Sequence record: SRR31156797_636
Direction: 5' to 3' (one strand)
DNA: 64,000 nucleotides
The position numbers and the translations under genes are program-made. This document shows positions 1 to 9,862 of this stretch, one piece after another (the stretch's first letter is position 1; each line of letters starts with the position of its first letter). Under the pieces are notes generated by a model. That model made no database searches and was not told the origin of the DNA. It was given only the letters and a program-made list of their open reading frames with translations.

Positions 1-360
1 ATGGACGAAGCAGAAAAAGCCTTTGAAATCGAAATCCGCATCGAAGATTTCATTGGCGTCGAGACCATCCAGGATCTTGCCGGCCGCATAGCGGAAATCA
101 AGGGTGTCGACATAAACGCTGAAATCGCGCCAGCGCCAACGAACGCGAACTACAACACTGTTCTTGAGCAGATGATTCAAATCATCATGGATTCCACAGG
201 CTATGAACGAGATGAAATCGAACCGGAGATGGACATTCGCCAGGATCTCAACATCCGGTCCAGTCGCTTGCCCATCATTATGGACGAAGCGGAAAAAATT
301 TTTAAAACCGAAATTCGCATCGAAGACTTCATCGGCGTCGAGACCATTCAGGATCTTGCC
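1..360 (+). repeat. Direct repeat encoding tandem ACP domains (copies at 1-81 and 280-360, offset 279 nt)
   Basis: atggacgaagcagaaaaagcc...gagaccatccaggatcttgcc recurs nearly identically from 280; the peptide MDEAEKxFxxEIRIEDFIGVETIQDLA occurs twice. Confidence 0.9.
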
Positions 361-2748
361 AACAAAATTGCAGAGCTTCAGGGGCGCTCCCCTGTCGCCG
401 CACGGTCAGTAGAAGACAGCAAGACCAAAACTCCTGTTGCTTCCACAGAAATACTAGATACCGTTCAGAACGAGTTACCCGTCTTGCGGTATGAATTCGC
501 CGAAACCGATGCCAACGCTCCTACAGGCACCCCGGCCTATGAGGTAGGCGGAGCCCCTGTCGTCATTGCAACCCTCGGTGGCTCCTACCGAATCGACGCA
601 GTTAAAAGTTGGGTCACAAAAACGGTTCAGGCTGATGTAGTCACCCTTGACCTGACCCGGAACACTAAGCTCGATGCTTTATCACAGTGCCAGGGGCTCA
701 TTCTACTCGTTGACGAAATAGAAGGCAGTGACAGCACACGCACCATACCAGCCCTGTTGCAGGTATTCCCCGCCATGAAAGACTTTGCCGGCAACAAAAC
801 GAAGAAATTTTGCATCACTATGGGCGAAGCCCTCAACGGAGCAACCCTGAGTGAAGTCGGCGAAGGCGTACTCGGCATCCTCATTGCCGCAGCCATGGAA
901 TACACCTCAACGGTCTTCCGCTATGCCGCTGTTTCGCAAGGGGTTGATATAAAGGATGTCCTTGATCGTTGCGTTTCCAGCGAAGAACGGACGGTCGAAC
1001 TCATTTTCAAGAATCGGGATATCATGACCCGAACGCCGCGCCCCGTTGCCTTCCGGACCGGCGAGTTGAAAACACAGCTCAAATCTGGCGATGTGATCGT
1101 CGTCACCGGCGGCGGCAAAGGCGTTACGGCAGCCGTGGCTGGAACTATGGCTGCCCTGGACGTGAAATTGGCATTGCTGGGTCGAAGCCCGGAAACTGCG
1201 CCAGACACAAAATCAACCCTCAACAGCATCAAGGGAATGGGATGTTCGGTGATGTACTGCTCCTGCGACGTCACAGACGCCCAAGCCGTTGGCAAGGCGA
1301 TCAAATCCGTCGCCAAGACATACGGTCGCGTGGACGCAGTCATACACGGAGCTGGACTCCTCAAAGACGGTTTCCTGCAACTCATGTCCATTGAAAACTT
1401 CGAACTTGTTCTCAAAGTCAAATTGCAGGGTCTCATGAATGTGGTCGAGGCCGCTTCCGGACATGGCCTTCGACTGGTATCCGCTTTTTCTTCCGTGGCG
1501 GCATGGCATGGCAATATCGGGCAATCGAACTATTGCGCAGGAAACAGGGCCATGGCGGCCTACCTGGAATCTCTTACAGATCGGGGCATTGCCGGAAAGA
1601 CCATCTGGCTGCCGCCTGTGGATGGTGTAGGTATGGCCAATGATCCAGAGGTGAAAAAACTTTTGGCCATGAAGAACATGGGGCAGGCGTATGTTCCCAT
1701 CGCCTCCCTGGCCAGACTCATCCGGCTTGAAATTGCTGACGGCCAGCCGGGATGGACCTTGCTTTCCCGCCCGGTCACCGCCCCCATTGGCGACAGATTC
1801 TTCCCCACCGGGCCCGAAAATGAACTTCTAGGCCGGGCCGTACACGGCCTGCCCATGATCGACGAAATCACGGAACTCAAGCTTGAGACACCCGAAATCA
1901 GCATAAAACGGTCTGTTTCCCACACCACAGACCCATGGCTACCTAACCACAAACCTTATCCAATACTGAAGTATCCGCTCTTCTCGGCAGTCATGGCCGT
2001 GGAAAGCTTGCTGGAAACAGCCAAGGCGCTCTACCCCGATTTCACACCGACCGGAGTAAAAGACGTCCATTTCCTGGACATGATCCCCTGTTCCGAAGAA
2101 GCAACCCGCGAACTGCGCGTAACTGCCAATGGGCGAGACACTTCAATTGGTGCCACACGTGTTGCCGCATCACTTTCCTGCCGTGACATGTCTCCCAAGG
2201 GACGCCAACTTGACCGGTGGAGCGACTGTTATACCGCTGAAATCATTATGGCAACCACCGCCGAACAAATGCTGACACCCCCGGTTTGGGACGGCGTTGA
2301 CTCCCTACCCCCCGTCACGCTTTCATCGTCCAAGATAGCTGACATCTATGCAAAGTACACGGCCCAGCTCGACCGGTATCAAGTGATCCAAAAAATCACC
2401 GGAGCGAATGAACGCGGTGCCACTGGCATTACCGTCTATGGCGATGAAAAAGATTTCACTTCCAAACGCGCTCCGTATCAATACTCGCCCTACCTGTTAG
2501 AGGCATTGATGCAACTGGCTCTATTCCAGCCTCTCGCGGCGGGCAGCGAGATAGCTCCGTTCCTGCCCGTAGGAATCGGTGAACTGCGCTTTGCCAGACG
2601 CTGCAATCCCGACGAGGCTGTAGCGCTCAAGGTCCGGTTGCGCGAAAACATCAAAGACGGCTCGGTTTGGGACGGCATGGCTTTGGACGAAAAAGGCAAT
2701 GTGCTCATGATAGTTGAAGGCTTGTCCATGAAGCGTATAACTAGCTAG
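1..2748 (+). CDS. Iterative type I PKS/FAS, PfaA/HglE-like, 5'-truncated (tandem ACP, KR, DH domains)
   Basis: Two ACP-like repeats (IIMDSTGYERDEIEPEMDIRQDLNIRSSR...VETIQDLA); KR motifs VTGGGKGVT, HGAGLLKDG, FSSVAAWHGNIGQSNYCAGN; DH-like DPWLPNH and LLEALMQ. The ORF begins mid-ACP at the window edge. Confidence 0.9.
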   Translation: MDEAEKAFEIEIRIEDFIGVETIQDLAGRIAEIKGVDINAEIAPAPTNANYNTVLEQMIQIIMDSTGYERDEIEPEMDIRQDLNIRSSRLPIIMDEAEKIFKTEIRIEDFIGVETIQDLANKIAELQGRSPVAARSVEDSKTKTPVASTEILDTVQNELPVLRYEFAETDANAPTGTPAYEVGGAPVVIATLGGSYRIDAVKSWVTKTVQADVVTLDLTRNTKLDALSQCQGLILLVDEIEGSDSTRTIPALLQVFPAMKDFAGNKTKKFCITMGEALNGATLSEVGEGVLGILIAAAMEYTSTVFRYAAVSQGVDIKDVLDRCVSSEERTVELIFKNRDIMTRTPRPVAFRTGELKTQLKSGDVIVVTGGGKGVTAAVAGTMAALDVKLALLGRSPETAPDTKSTLNSIKGMGCSVMYCSCDVTDAQAVGKAIKSVAKTYGRVDAVIHGAGLLKDGFLQLMSIENFELVLKVKLQGLMNVVEAASGHGLRLVSAFSSVAAWHGNIGQSNYCAGNRAMAAYLESLTDRGIAGKTIWLPPVDGVGMANDPEVKKLLAMKNMGQAYVPIASLARLIRLEIADGQPGWTLLSRPVTAPIGDRFFPTGPENELLGRAVHGLPMIDEITELKLETPEISIKRSVSHTTDPWLPNHKPYPILKYPLFSAVMAVESLLETAKALYPDFTPTGVKDVHFLDMIPCSEEATRELRVTANGRDTSIGATRVAASLSCRDMSPKGRQLDRWSDCYTAEIIMATTAEQMLTPPVWDGVDSLPPVTLSSSKIADIYAKYTAQLDRYQVIQKITGANERGATGITVYGDEKDFTSKRAPYQYSPYLLEALMQLALFQPLAAGSEIAPFLPVGIGELRFARRCNPDEAVALKVRLRENIKDGSVWDGMALDEKGNVLMIVEGLSMKRITS

Positions 2749-2759
2749 GCGTCATTTGC

Positions 2760-3350
2760 ATGATTCTCTTCTGCGATGGCATAGAAATCGCCGTTCGTCG
2801 AGCGCCTGTAGGAGATAACCGACGCACACTTGCTGAGATTACATGCACAGATCTGTCGTTTGACATGCATGAATTCTCTCTGGAAAAAGTGGGGTTGGGA
2901 GTTCCGAAACTCGTTGGGGAAAATCAGGCACCAGCCATATCGTTCACATCCTCCCGAGAAATCCGGTGGTGTGCCGTGGCGTGGTGCAAAGGGCTTGGTA
3001 TTGATGTCGCATGCCCGGAGGAATTCGAGCCACCATACCCTGTGTCACGTGTTTTCGATGCTGCTGAGATAAAACTCACTGAAGCCCATATTGATGATCA
3101 GTTGTCGCAACTGGCCCTACTGTGGAGTTTCAAGGAAGCGGCTGCCAAGGCCATGGGGACGGGTTTCAACGCTGTCGAACCCGGAGAGTTGACGGCAGCA
3201 GCTCTGCATGAGAAAGACGACAAGCTCAACGGAATCGTCACGACGCCCGGAGGAAAGCTCCCGGTTGTTGCGATCCGGGTGAGCGACTGCTGGCTAGCCA
3301 TTGCACGAAGACAAGTGAGTCGAGGATATACATGTCGAAATTTGAAATAA
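2760..3350 (+). CDS. 4'-phosphopantetheinyl transferase (ACPS/Sfp superfamily)
   Basis: Motifs LGIDVA and LWSFKEAAAKAMGTG; starts 11 nt after the PKS stop. Confidence 0.85.
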   Translation: MILFCDGIEIAVRRAPVGDNRRTLAEITCTDLSFDMHEFSLEKVGLGVPKLVGENQAPAISFTSSREIRWCAVAWCKGLGIDVACPEEFEPPYPVSRVFDAAEIKLTEAHIDDQLSQLALLWSFKEAAAKAMGTGFNAVEPGELTAAALHEKDDKLNGIVTTPGGKLPVVAIRVSDCWLAIARRQVSRGYTCRNLK

Positions 3351-4453
3351 TTCCCGTTCGTTCTTCCGGGGAGATGAAGCAATTCGTCGAACTGCCCTGG
3401 ACTATATACAAAGACTCGCCCAACTGGGTACCGCCGCTCAAGAAGAGCATGACGCACCTTTTGACGCCGGGCAAACACCCTTTCTGGGAATTTGCCAATC
3501 GTGAACTCTTTCTGCTCAAGCAAGGACGACAGGTTGTTGGCCGCATCGCAGCCATAGTCGATGGCAACTACAACAAGTATCACCATGAGAAGGCCGGTGT
3601 CTGGGGCTTCTTCGAATGCATCGACGATCAGGAAGCAGCCGACATGCTGTTCGACGCCGCCGAGTCATGGCTTCGCGAAGCGAGCATGGAGTACATGCAC
3701 GGACCTTTCAACCCCTCCACCAACTACGAGGTCGCCATGCTCATCGAAGGCGGCGAAGTGCCGCCGGTGCTCATGATGACCTACAATCACGACTACTACC
3801 CTTCTTTGGTGGAAGCCTCAGGCCAGACCAAGGAAAAGGACCTTTTCGCCTTCAAGTTCAAGCGGGGCCATCAGTTGCCCGAATGGGTAACCAAGATCTC
3901 CAACCGATTGGTAGACAAGGGCGAGGTCACCATCCGTCATCTGGACATGAAGAAACTGGATGAGGAAGTGATCCTCATGAACAAGCTATACCGGGCAGCC
4001 TGGGCCGACAACTGGGCCTTTGTCCCGGCAACGGATGCCGAAATCGCCATCCAGGCCAAGGAACTCAAGAACATCATCGAGCCACGTCTGGCCTTTTTTC
4101 TCTATTATGACGACGAACCCGTGGGCGTGGGCGTTATCCTGCCGGACGCCAACCCGCTCCTCAAGGAATTCAACGGCAAGCTCGGCGTCACCGCCCTGTA
4201 CAAGCTGCTCCGTCACAAATCCAAGATCGTCGGCACACGCTGCATCCTCTTCGGCGTCAAGCCCAAGTACCACCAAATAGGCGTGCCGCTCGTCGCGCTG
4301 GATTACATCCTGAAGATGAGTGAAGAATTCCCCCAATACAAGCATATTGAGATGAGCTGGACCCTGGAGGACAACGCAGGGATCAACGACCTGCTGGAAG
4401 ACTTCGGGGGCGACCTCTACAAAAAATACCGAATCTATCGAAAAGATTTTTAG
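3332..4453 (+). CDS. GNAT-fold N-acyltransferase, bacterial ceramide synthase (bCerS)-like
   Basis: 373 aa with family-typical segments FVELPWTIY..PNWVPPL, VVGRIAAI, WGFFECIDD, GPFNPSTN, WADNWAFVP, EMSWTLEDN, KKYRIY; overlaps the PPTase stop. Confidence 0.8.
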   Translation: MSKFEIIPVRSSGEMKQFVELPWTIYKDSPNWVPPLKKSMTHLLTPGKHPFWEFANRELFLLKQGRQVVGRIAAIVDGNYNKYHHEKAGVWGFFECIDDQEAADMLFDAAESWLREASMEYMHGPFNPSTNYEVAMLIEGGEVPPVLMMTYNHDYYPSLVEASGQTKEKDLFAFKFKRGHQLPEWVTKISNRLVDKGEVTIRHLDMKKLDEEVILMNKLYRAAWADNWAFVPATDAEIAIQAKELKNIIEPRLAFFLYYDDEPVGVGVILPDANPLLKEFNGKLGVTALYKLLRHKSKIVGTRCILFGVKPKYHQIGVPLVALDYILKMSEEFPQYKHIEMSWTLEDNAGINDLLEDFGGDLYKKYRIYRKDF

Positions 4454-4462
4454 GACGTCATC

Positions 4463-5452
4463 ATGCGCGCATTGGTCACGGGAGCAGCAGGCTTTGTAGG
4501 CAGCCATTTGGCAGAGGCTCTCGCCGCTGACGGCCATGACGTGACATGCCTCCTTCGTCCGGGCAGCAAGCCACGCTGGTTGTCCGGCACCTCCCTCCCC
4601 ATTGTCGATTGCGGCATGAATTCACCGGAAGCCATGGTCGAAGCGGTCGGCAGCAGCGATGTGATATTTCATGTGGCCGGTGTGACCAAGGCGAATACTC
4701 CGCAAGGCTATTTCGACGGCAACGTCGACATCACCCGCAATCTCGTGGACGCCGTCAAGACGCACAGTCAGCAGGTCAAGGCGATCATTGGGATATCCAG
4801 TCAGGCGGCAGCGGGTCCGCATCCCGGCCCCGACGGTCTGGACGAGTCGGCAACGCCCGCCCCTGTCTCCTATTACGGAAAGGCGAAGTTGCAATCGGAG
4901 AACGTGCTCATGGAGCTTGCCGACTCCGTTGCAGTGGGCATCGTCAGGCCACCCATGGTCTACGGACCGAGAGACTACGCGTTTCTCCCACTCTATTCCG
5001 GCGCCAAGCTCGGCCTCTTCCCTGTTCCCGGCAGCCGCAAGACACTCATGAGCATCATCCATGTCCACGATCTGGTCCGGGGCATCGTTTCTCTCGGCAA
5101 CGGTTTGCTGGACAAGAACGTCCCTTCGGGCAACGCCTATTTCCTTTCCGGCCAGACCGCGTCGTGGGCCGAGATCGGCACAGCCATAGGCGACGCTGTG
5201 GGGCGCAGGCAGCTCCTGTTCCCCATTCCCCTGTTCGCCATCGGAGCCGTGGCCATGGTCAACGGCGTGCTGGCCCGACTGGGCCTCCCCACCAACCACT
5301 TGTTGCCGGACAAATGGCGCGAAGCCAAACAGCCGGGATGGGTGTGCACTCACGCCAACGCCAGCGCGGATTTCGGATACTCGCCCCGGATCGGGCTTGA
5401 AGAGGGAATGCGCACCACTATCGAATGGTGCCGGGAAAACGGCCTGTTATAG
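4463..5452 (+). CDS. NAD(P)-dependent extended SDR (epimerase/dehydratase family), candidate ceramide reductase CerR
   Basis: VTGAAGFVGS Rossmann motif, HVAG, YGKAK (YxxxK), RPPMVYGPRD. The CerR role is inferred from position after the bCerS-like gene. Confidence 0.8.
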   Translation: MRALVTGAAGFVGSHLAEALAADGHDVTCLLRPGSKPRWLSGTSLPIVDCGMNSPEAMVEAVGSSDVIFHVAGVTKANTPQGYFDGNVDITRNLVDAVKTHSQQVKAIIGISSQAAAGPHPGPDGLDESATPAPVSYYGKAKLQSENVLMELADSVAVGIVRPPMVYGPRDYAFLPLYSGAKLGLFPVPGSRKTLMSIIHVHDLVRGIVSLGNGLLDKNVPSGNAYFLSGQTASWAEIGTAIGDAVGRRQLLFPIPLFAIGAVAMVNGVLARLGLPTNHLLPDKWREAKQPGWVCTHANASADFGYSPRIGLEEGMRTTIEWCRENGLL

Positions 5453-5466
5453 GGCGTCCGCCCCTG

Positions 5467-7347
5467 TTACGCAACGTGCCCGTGCGCTTCCAGCCAGAGT
5501 TGCAGGACAAGGAAGGTCCACAATTCCTCGCGCCTGTCCACGACATTGTTCTTGTGCTCACCTATCAATGAAGCAATCGCCTCAGGACGGAACAGCCCCT
5601 GCCGTTTCAGGAAACCGGCATCCGCGAATCGCGCCAGTTGCGGTTTCAAACTACTGCCGAGCCAGCCGGCTACCGGCATGAGAAAGCCTCGCTTGTTCCG
5701 CTTTCGGATACTCGGAGGCATGAATCCGGCGAGAGCCTGTTTCATGAGGTGCTTCCGCTTCCCGCCGGGGATCTTGAAACGACCCGGCAGACTGAACACA
5801 TACTCCACCAGAGCCGTATCCAGAAACGGAGACCGGACCTCAAGCCCGTGCATCATAGAACAACGATCGACTTTCGTCAGAATGTAATCCAGCAGATATG
5901 TCTTGGCGTACTGGTTGAACACCGCGTCCAAAGGCGCACCGTCCTCGAATTCCTGCCAACTCTCGATCGGATGACCGAAAAGCAGTTCGGGCGAATCGCT
6001 CGGAGGTGAAGACCATAGCGTCTCCTGAGCTTCGGGGGAAAAGGCCATAAGCATGCGGGGAACCCTGTACGGCGCGGGAGCCTTGACCGCCTCGGCAAAC
6101 CGGCCCACGGCGTGGCCCGGACTGATGTAGTGGGAGGACACGGGCAGCATGCGGCGAAGCCCTTCAAGAACCATGCGCATGGGCATGCCGAGGGCGGCGC
6201 ATCGTTGCGCCCATATAAAGGCCGAAAAATGTTCGTACCCGCCGAACAGCTCGTCGGCCCCGTCGCCGGACAAGGCCACGGTGACATGCTGCTTGACGAA
6301 TCGGGAAAGGAAATAGGTCGGGATGATCGACGGATCGGCCAACGGTTCGTCAAACCTGCCGACAACTTCGCCCACCAGTTCCGCGCACATGGTGCCGGTG
6401 AGATTTTCATTGTAATGATCCGTCCCGGCGAATCGGGCGGCTTGAACCGCGTATTCCGACTCGTCGTACGCCTTTTCCTCGAATCCGATGGAAAAGGTTT
6501 TGACCTGAGAACTGCTGAGTCGGGACATGAGGCTGACGACGACCGTTGAGTCAAGACCGCCGCTGAGAAAGGCCCCAAGGGAAACATCGCTTATCAGGCG
6601 ACGCCCGACAGCGTCTTCGAGCAGACTCCTGATGTGCCCAGCCGCCTCGTCGCCCCCGACCGTACGGGTCGGATGCGGCAGCGACCAGTAACGGGAAACC
6701 GAGACTTCCCCATCCTTGAAGCGCAAACAATGCCCCGGCTGAAGTTTCCGCGCTTCCGTATAGATGGAACTCGGCGTCGGGACGTATTTGCAGGTCAGGA
6801 ACTGGGCCATGGCCTGCATGTCCAGATTGAACGATGTGTCAGGCACCGCAGTAAGGGATGAAAGTTCCGAAGCGAACGCGAACACCGAGTTCTGACAAGT
6901 GTAATAGAACGGCTTTTTGCCCATCCTGTCCCGCGCCGCAAACAGGGACTGCTCTTTGGTGTCCCATATGGCAAAGGCGAACATGCCCTCGAAATGCGAC
7001 AGGCACGCCTCGCCATACTCCATATAGGCCTGCAACAGAACTTCTGTATCAGACGTGGTACTGAAACTGTGGCCCTTGGCTTCCAAGGCGACTCGGACTT
7101 CCCGGAAATTGTATATTTCGCCGTTGAAAACGATGACGAACCGTCCGCAAGCACTCTTCATGGGCTGTCCGCCCGTACTGAGGTCTATGACTTCCAGGCG
7201 ACGGTGGGACAATGCGGCGGGTTGGCCGACCCAGACGCCGTCAGAATCCGGCCCGCGGTGCCGTACGCCATCGGCCATGCGTATGGCGCACTGCCGGAGA
7301 ACGTCCGACGTCAGCCGAGGGTGGACAACTCCGGCGATGCCGCACAT
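5467..7347 (-). CDS. asnB: AsnB-like glutamine-hydrolysing amidotransferase (probably glycan/glycolipid amidation)
   Basis: MCGIAG start, HRGPD, HRRLEVIDL, FNGEIYN, LSGGLDS, LSGDGADELFGGY, EVRSPFLD. Confidence 0.92.
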   Translation of the reverse strand: MCGIAGVVHPRLTSDVLRQCAIRMADGVRHRGPDSDGVWVGQPAALSHRRLEVIDLSTGGQPMKSACGRFVIVFNGEIYNFREVRVALEAKGHSFSTTSDTEVLLQAYMEYGEACLSHFEGMFAFAIWDTKEQSLFAARDRMGKKPFYYTCQNSVFAFASELSSLTAVPDTSFNLDMQAMAQFLTCKYVPTPSSIYTEARKLQPGHCLRFKDGEVSVSRYWSLPHPTRTVGGDEAAGHIRSLLEDAVGRRLISDVSLGAFLSGGLDSTVVVSLMSRLSSSQVKTFSIGFEEKAYDESEYAVQAARFAGTDHYNENLTGTMCAELVGEVVGRFDEPLADPSIIPTYFLSRFVKQHVTVALSGDGADELFGGYEHFSAFIWAQRCAALGMPMRMVLEGLRRMLPVSSHYISPGHAVGRFAEAVKAPAPYRVPRMLMAFSPEAQETLWSSPPSDSPELLFGHPIESWQEFEDGAPLDAVFNQYAKTYLLDYILTKVDRCSMMHGLEVRSPFLDTALVEYVFSLPGRFKIPGGKRKHLMKQALAGFMPPSIRKRNKRGFLMPVAGWLGSSLKPQLARFADAGFLKRQGLFRPEAIASLIGEHKNNVVDRREELWTFLVLQLWLEAHGHVA

Positions 7348-8573
7348 CAGCCAATCCCCCGCGCATGTGCTGAGAACAGTTCGATCAGGGTGGTACAGTT
7401 CTTCTCCTGATCAAACAGGTTCAAAACGTGATCCCTGCCATTGCTCGCAAATGCTTGAGCCTCTTCAGGGTTCCGGACCAGCCGGACAATGGCATCGGCC
7501 AGGACTTCGGGACGCCTTTGCGGAACAAGATACCCTGTCCTGTCGTTGATCACGACTTCGCTGATCCCGGCCACGTCCGTGGCAATGACAGGAAGACCGT
7601 GGGCATAGGCTTCCATGATGACATTGGGGATGCCGTCCCTGTCTCCATTGGTGTCCACCACGCTGGGCATAACCAACGCGTCACTGGCCAGCATGAGACA
7701 AGACAATGCATCGTGACTGAGGAATCCTTTGAAATCCACGGAGTTCGTCAGTTCGAGATTGGCGGCTTGCCGCATCAGCTTACCGCGCAACATGCCGTCA
7801 CCGGCAAATGTTAGAGAAAAATCGACACCCTGTTTTTTAAGCAGAGAACAGGCATCCAGCAGATTATCGAAACCCTTTGTCCTGACAAAACGTCCAGCGG
7901 CCAGAAGTTTGAGTTTTCCTCCATCCGACCAGTGCCGTTCCCCTTCAGGCCCCAATGAAAGCGCGTTATAGACCAGTATAATTTTGTCTTCATGGCCCTT
8001 GGCGAATGATTGCAGATACGGGACATTGGCTCCATGATTGACCCGAACGAAGGAGGCGTCCCCGATCTTGTCACTCAATGAGCCTTCAGGCGGGTAGATG
8101 TCTCCAGCCCGTCCGGCAAAGGAAAAAGGGATACCTGAAAGCTTCGAAGCGACCCATGCGGCCGTGGCCGGTCCTCCGGCCCAGGGGGCATGGATATGCT
8201 GAATCCCCTCTTCCTGAAAACGCCTAGCCAGATGCAGGCCGCAACAAAAAGCCCAGAGGTTCTCGCCCAGTCCCTCCAAGGAACGCCATTTGTTAAATGG
8301 CCCTGCCTTGAGCATTGAAAACGTCTGAGTAAAATCAAACGCAAGGCGCTTAAACAATGCGCCAAGCAGCATCAGCGTCTTGATGGAACCCAGATGCTCG
8401 GATGGAGTAAACTCCTGCATTTCAGCTGAAAAATTCTTGGTCAGACCAGCATACAGGGTGAACACTTTGATAGGCAATCCCATATCACGCATCTTTTTGA
8501 CTTCGCGAAAAATGAAGGTTTCAGACGGCTTTGGAAACCATAGCGAAATATATGCGGTACGAGGGAAATTCAT
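7347..8573 (-). CDS. Glycosyltransferase family 4 (WcaL-like)
   Basis: SETFIFRE, HIHAPW, GRFVRTKG, DRDGIPNVIMEAYAHGLPVIATDVAGISE. Confidence 0.9.
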   Translation of the reverse strand: MNFPRTAYISLWFPKPSETFIFREVKKMRDMGLPIKVFTLYAGLTKNFSAEMQEFTPSEHLGSIKTLMLLGALFKRLAFDFTQTFSMLKAGPFNKWRSLEGLGENLWAFCCGLHLARRFQEEGIQHIHAPWAGGPATAAWVASKLSGIPFSFAGRAGDIYPPEGSLSDKIGDASFVRVNHGANVPYLQSFAKGHEDKIILVYNALSLGPEGERHWSDGGKLKLLAAGRFVRTKGFDNLLDACSLLKKQGVDFSLTFAGDGMLRGKLMRQAANLELTNSVDFKGFLSHDALSCLMLASDALVMPSVVDTNGDRDGIPNVIMEAYAHGLPVIATDVAGISEVVINDRTGYLVPQRRPEVLADAIVRLVRNPEEAQAFASNGRDHVLNLFDQEKNCTTLIELFSAHARGIG

Positions 8574-9787
8574 CGGTCAGAAGTCTCTGTGGGGCGGATA
8601 ATCTCTAAGACATCTCCGCCAAGTTTAGTACGGTAACCGATATTGTGCCAAAATATGACATTGGTCGTCCAAGTACGTATATACCCGACAGCAGCATTTA
8701 GGTGAAGGATTGCATAGGCTGCCAATCGTTTAGGCAGCGAAACGTTATTCGGAATGACTCTGGTGTAGAGGCATCCAACACCGACGAGTCCGGCAAGATA
8801 AACCATCGACACCAGCCCGGAAGCTTGCGTGTCGACTCCGGGGATTAAGCCGGCAAGCCCGACAACGACGTATGCGAGCATCAGAAAAAAAATCAGAGGA
8901 ACGACAGTGGCGGCGATCCATGTGAGAGGCATTCCGAATTTAAGGTACTGTAACTGGCGGAAGAACCATTGGTCCCACCCTTTGAGGCTCTGGCCGGAAA
9001 GAGGGGTAACGAGACAGGCCTCGGCCACCGGAAACGACCGGACGCCTTCGCCCTGAAGGTACGGTCCCATGGTGAAATCATCGACCACGGTCCGCTCCCA
9101 CAACTGGGGGATATTGTACCCGAAAAAAGTGTCACGGCTAATGGCGGTCGCCCCACCCCACGGCTGGGTGATGGGCCGGATAGCTTGAAGCATGTGTATG
9201 GATTGCACGGACAACATTTGGCAGATGGTGCCGAGATTCTCGTCTCCAGGCTGAACAAAACGATAGCCAGACGTCATCAGGGCCTCGCCCAGCGCAATCG
9301 GGGCCGTCAGACGAGCCAAGAAATCCGATTTTGCCACATGGGTGCTGTCGCAAAAGACGAGGATAGACTCGTCTACAGCGGCGGAAGCAACTCCAGCCAA
9401 AAGGTTGTGATTTTTTTGACAGCACCGCGTTGCCAATCTTGCCACTACATGCTGTGCATGGTCGTATTCCCTGCACAGGGATTGAATCAATCGGGCGGCC
9501 GGCTCGTCCGGCAGTGCAGTCACCAAAATAACGCGGTAGTTATCGTAATCCTGCTCAAGCAAAGACCGAAGGCCCGACTCGACTCCGGGAGAAACATTGC
9601 CCACCGGCACAATCATGGCGATACTGGCTGCGTTGACAGGACGCTCGAACGGCGTGTTACGCCAAACGGCCCTGCGCATAAACGGCATGGTAATGAACAG
9701 GAGAAACAATGCTCCCAATACATGTAATGCCATAGCCATTTTCATAAAAATGCCCCAAAAGGCGAAGCCCTGTGTCAGTTCAACCAT
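8570..9787 (-). CDS. GT2/GT21-like membrane glycosyltransferase, ceramide glucosyltransferase/HpnI-like (alternative start 9745)
   Basis: N-terminal TM, IVPV, SLLEQDY, QKNHNL, VFCDST, WGGATAI, VVDDF, WFFRQ, C-terminal TMs and IFWHNIGY (W-x-G/N-x-x-Y-like tail). Confidence 0.75.
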   Translation of the reverse strand: MVELTQGFAFWGIFMKMAMALHVLGALFLLFITMPFMRRAVWRNTPFERPVNAASIAMIVPVGNVSPGVESGLRSLLEQDYDNYRVILVTALPDEPAARLIQSLCREYDHAQHVVARLATRCCQKNHNLLAGVASAAVDESILVFCDSTHVAKSDFLARLTAPIALGEALMTSGYRFVQPGDENLGTICQMLSVQSIHMLQAIRPITQPWGGATAISRDTFFGYNIPQLWERTVVDDFTMGPYLQGEGVRSFPVAEACLVTPLSGQSLKGWDQWFFRQLQYLKFGMPLTWIAATVVPLIFFLMLAYVVVGLAGLIPGVDTQASGLVSMVYLAGLVGVGCLYTRVIPNNVSLPKRLAAYAILHLNAAVGYIRTWTTNVIFWHNIGYRTKLGGDVLEIIRPTETSDR

Positions 9788-9862
9788 TGGATTCCATCAA
9801 TACGAGGGATACGGCTTCTCCGAGTTTGTCTAAAAAACCGAATATTCCCATTAAATTATTCA

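Noticed and set aside
1-2748. Ordinary PUFA synthase (pfa) cluster
   Set aside because: No pfaB/C/D follow; downstream genes are PPTase, GNAT and SDR. Upstream sequence is unseen, so this is only disfavoured.
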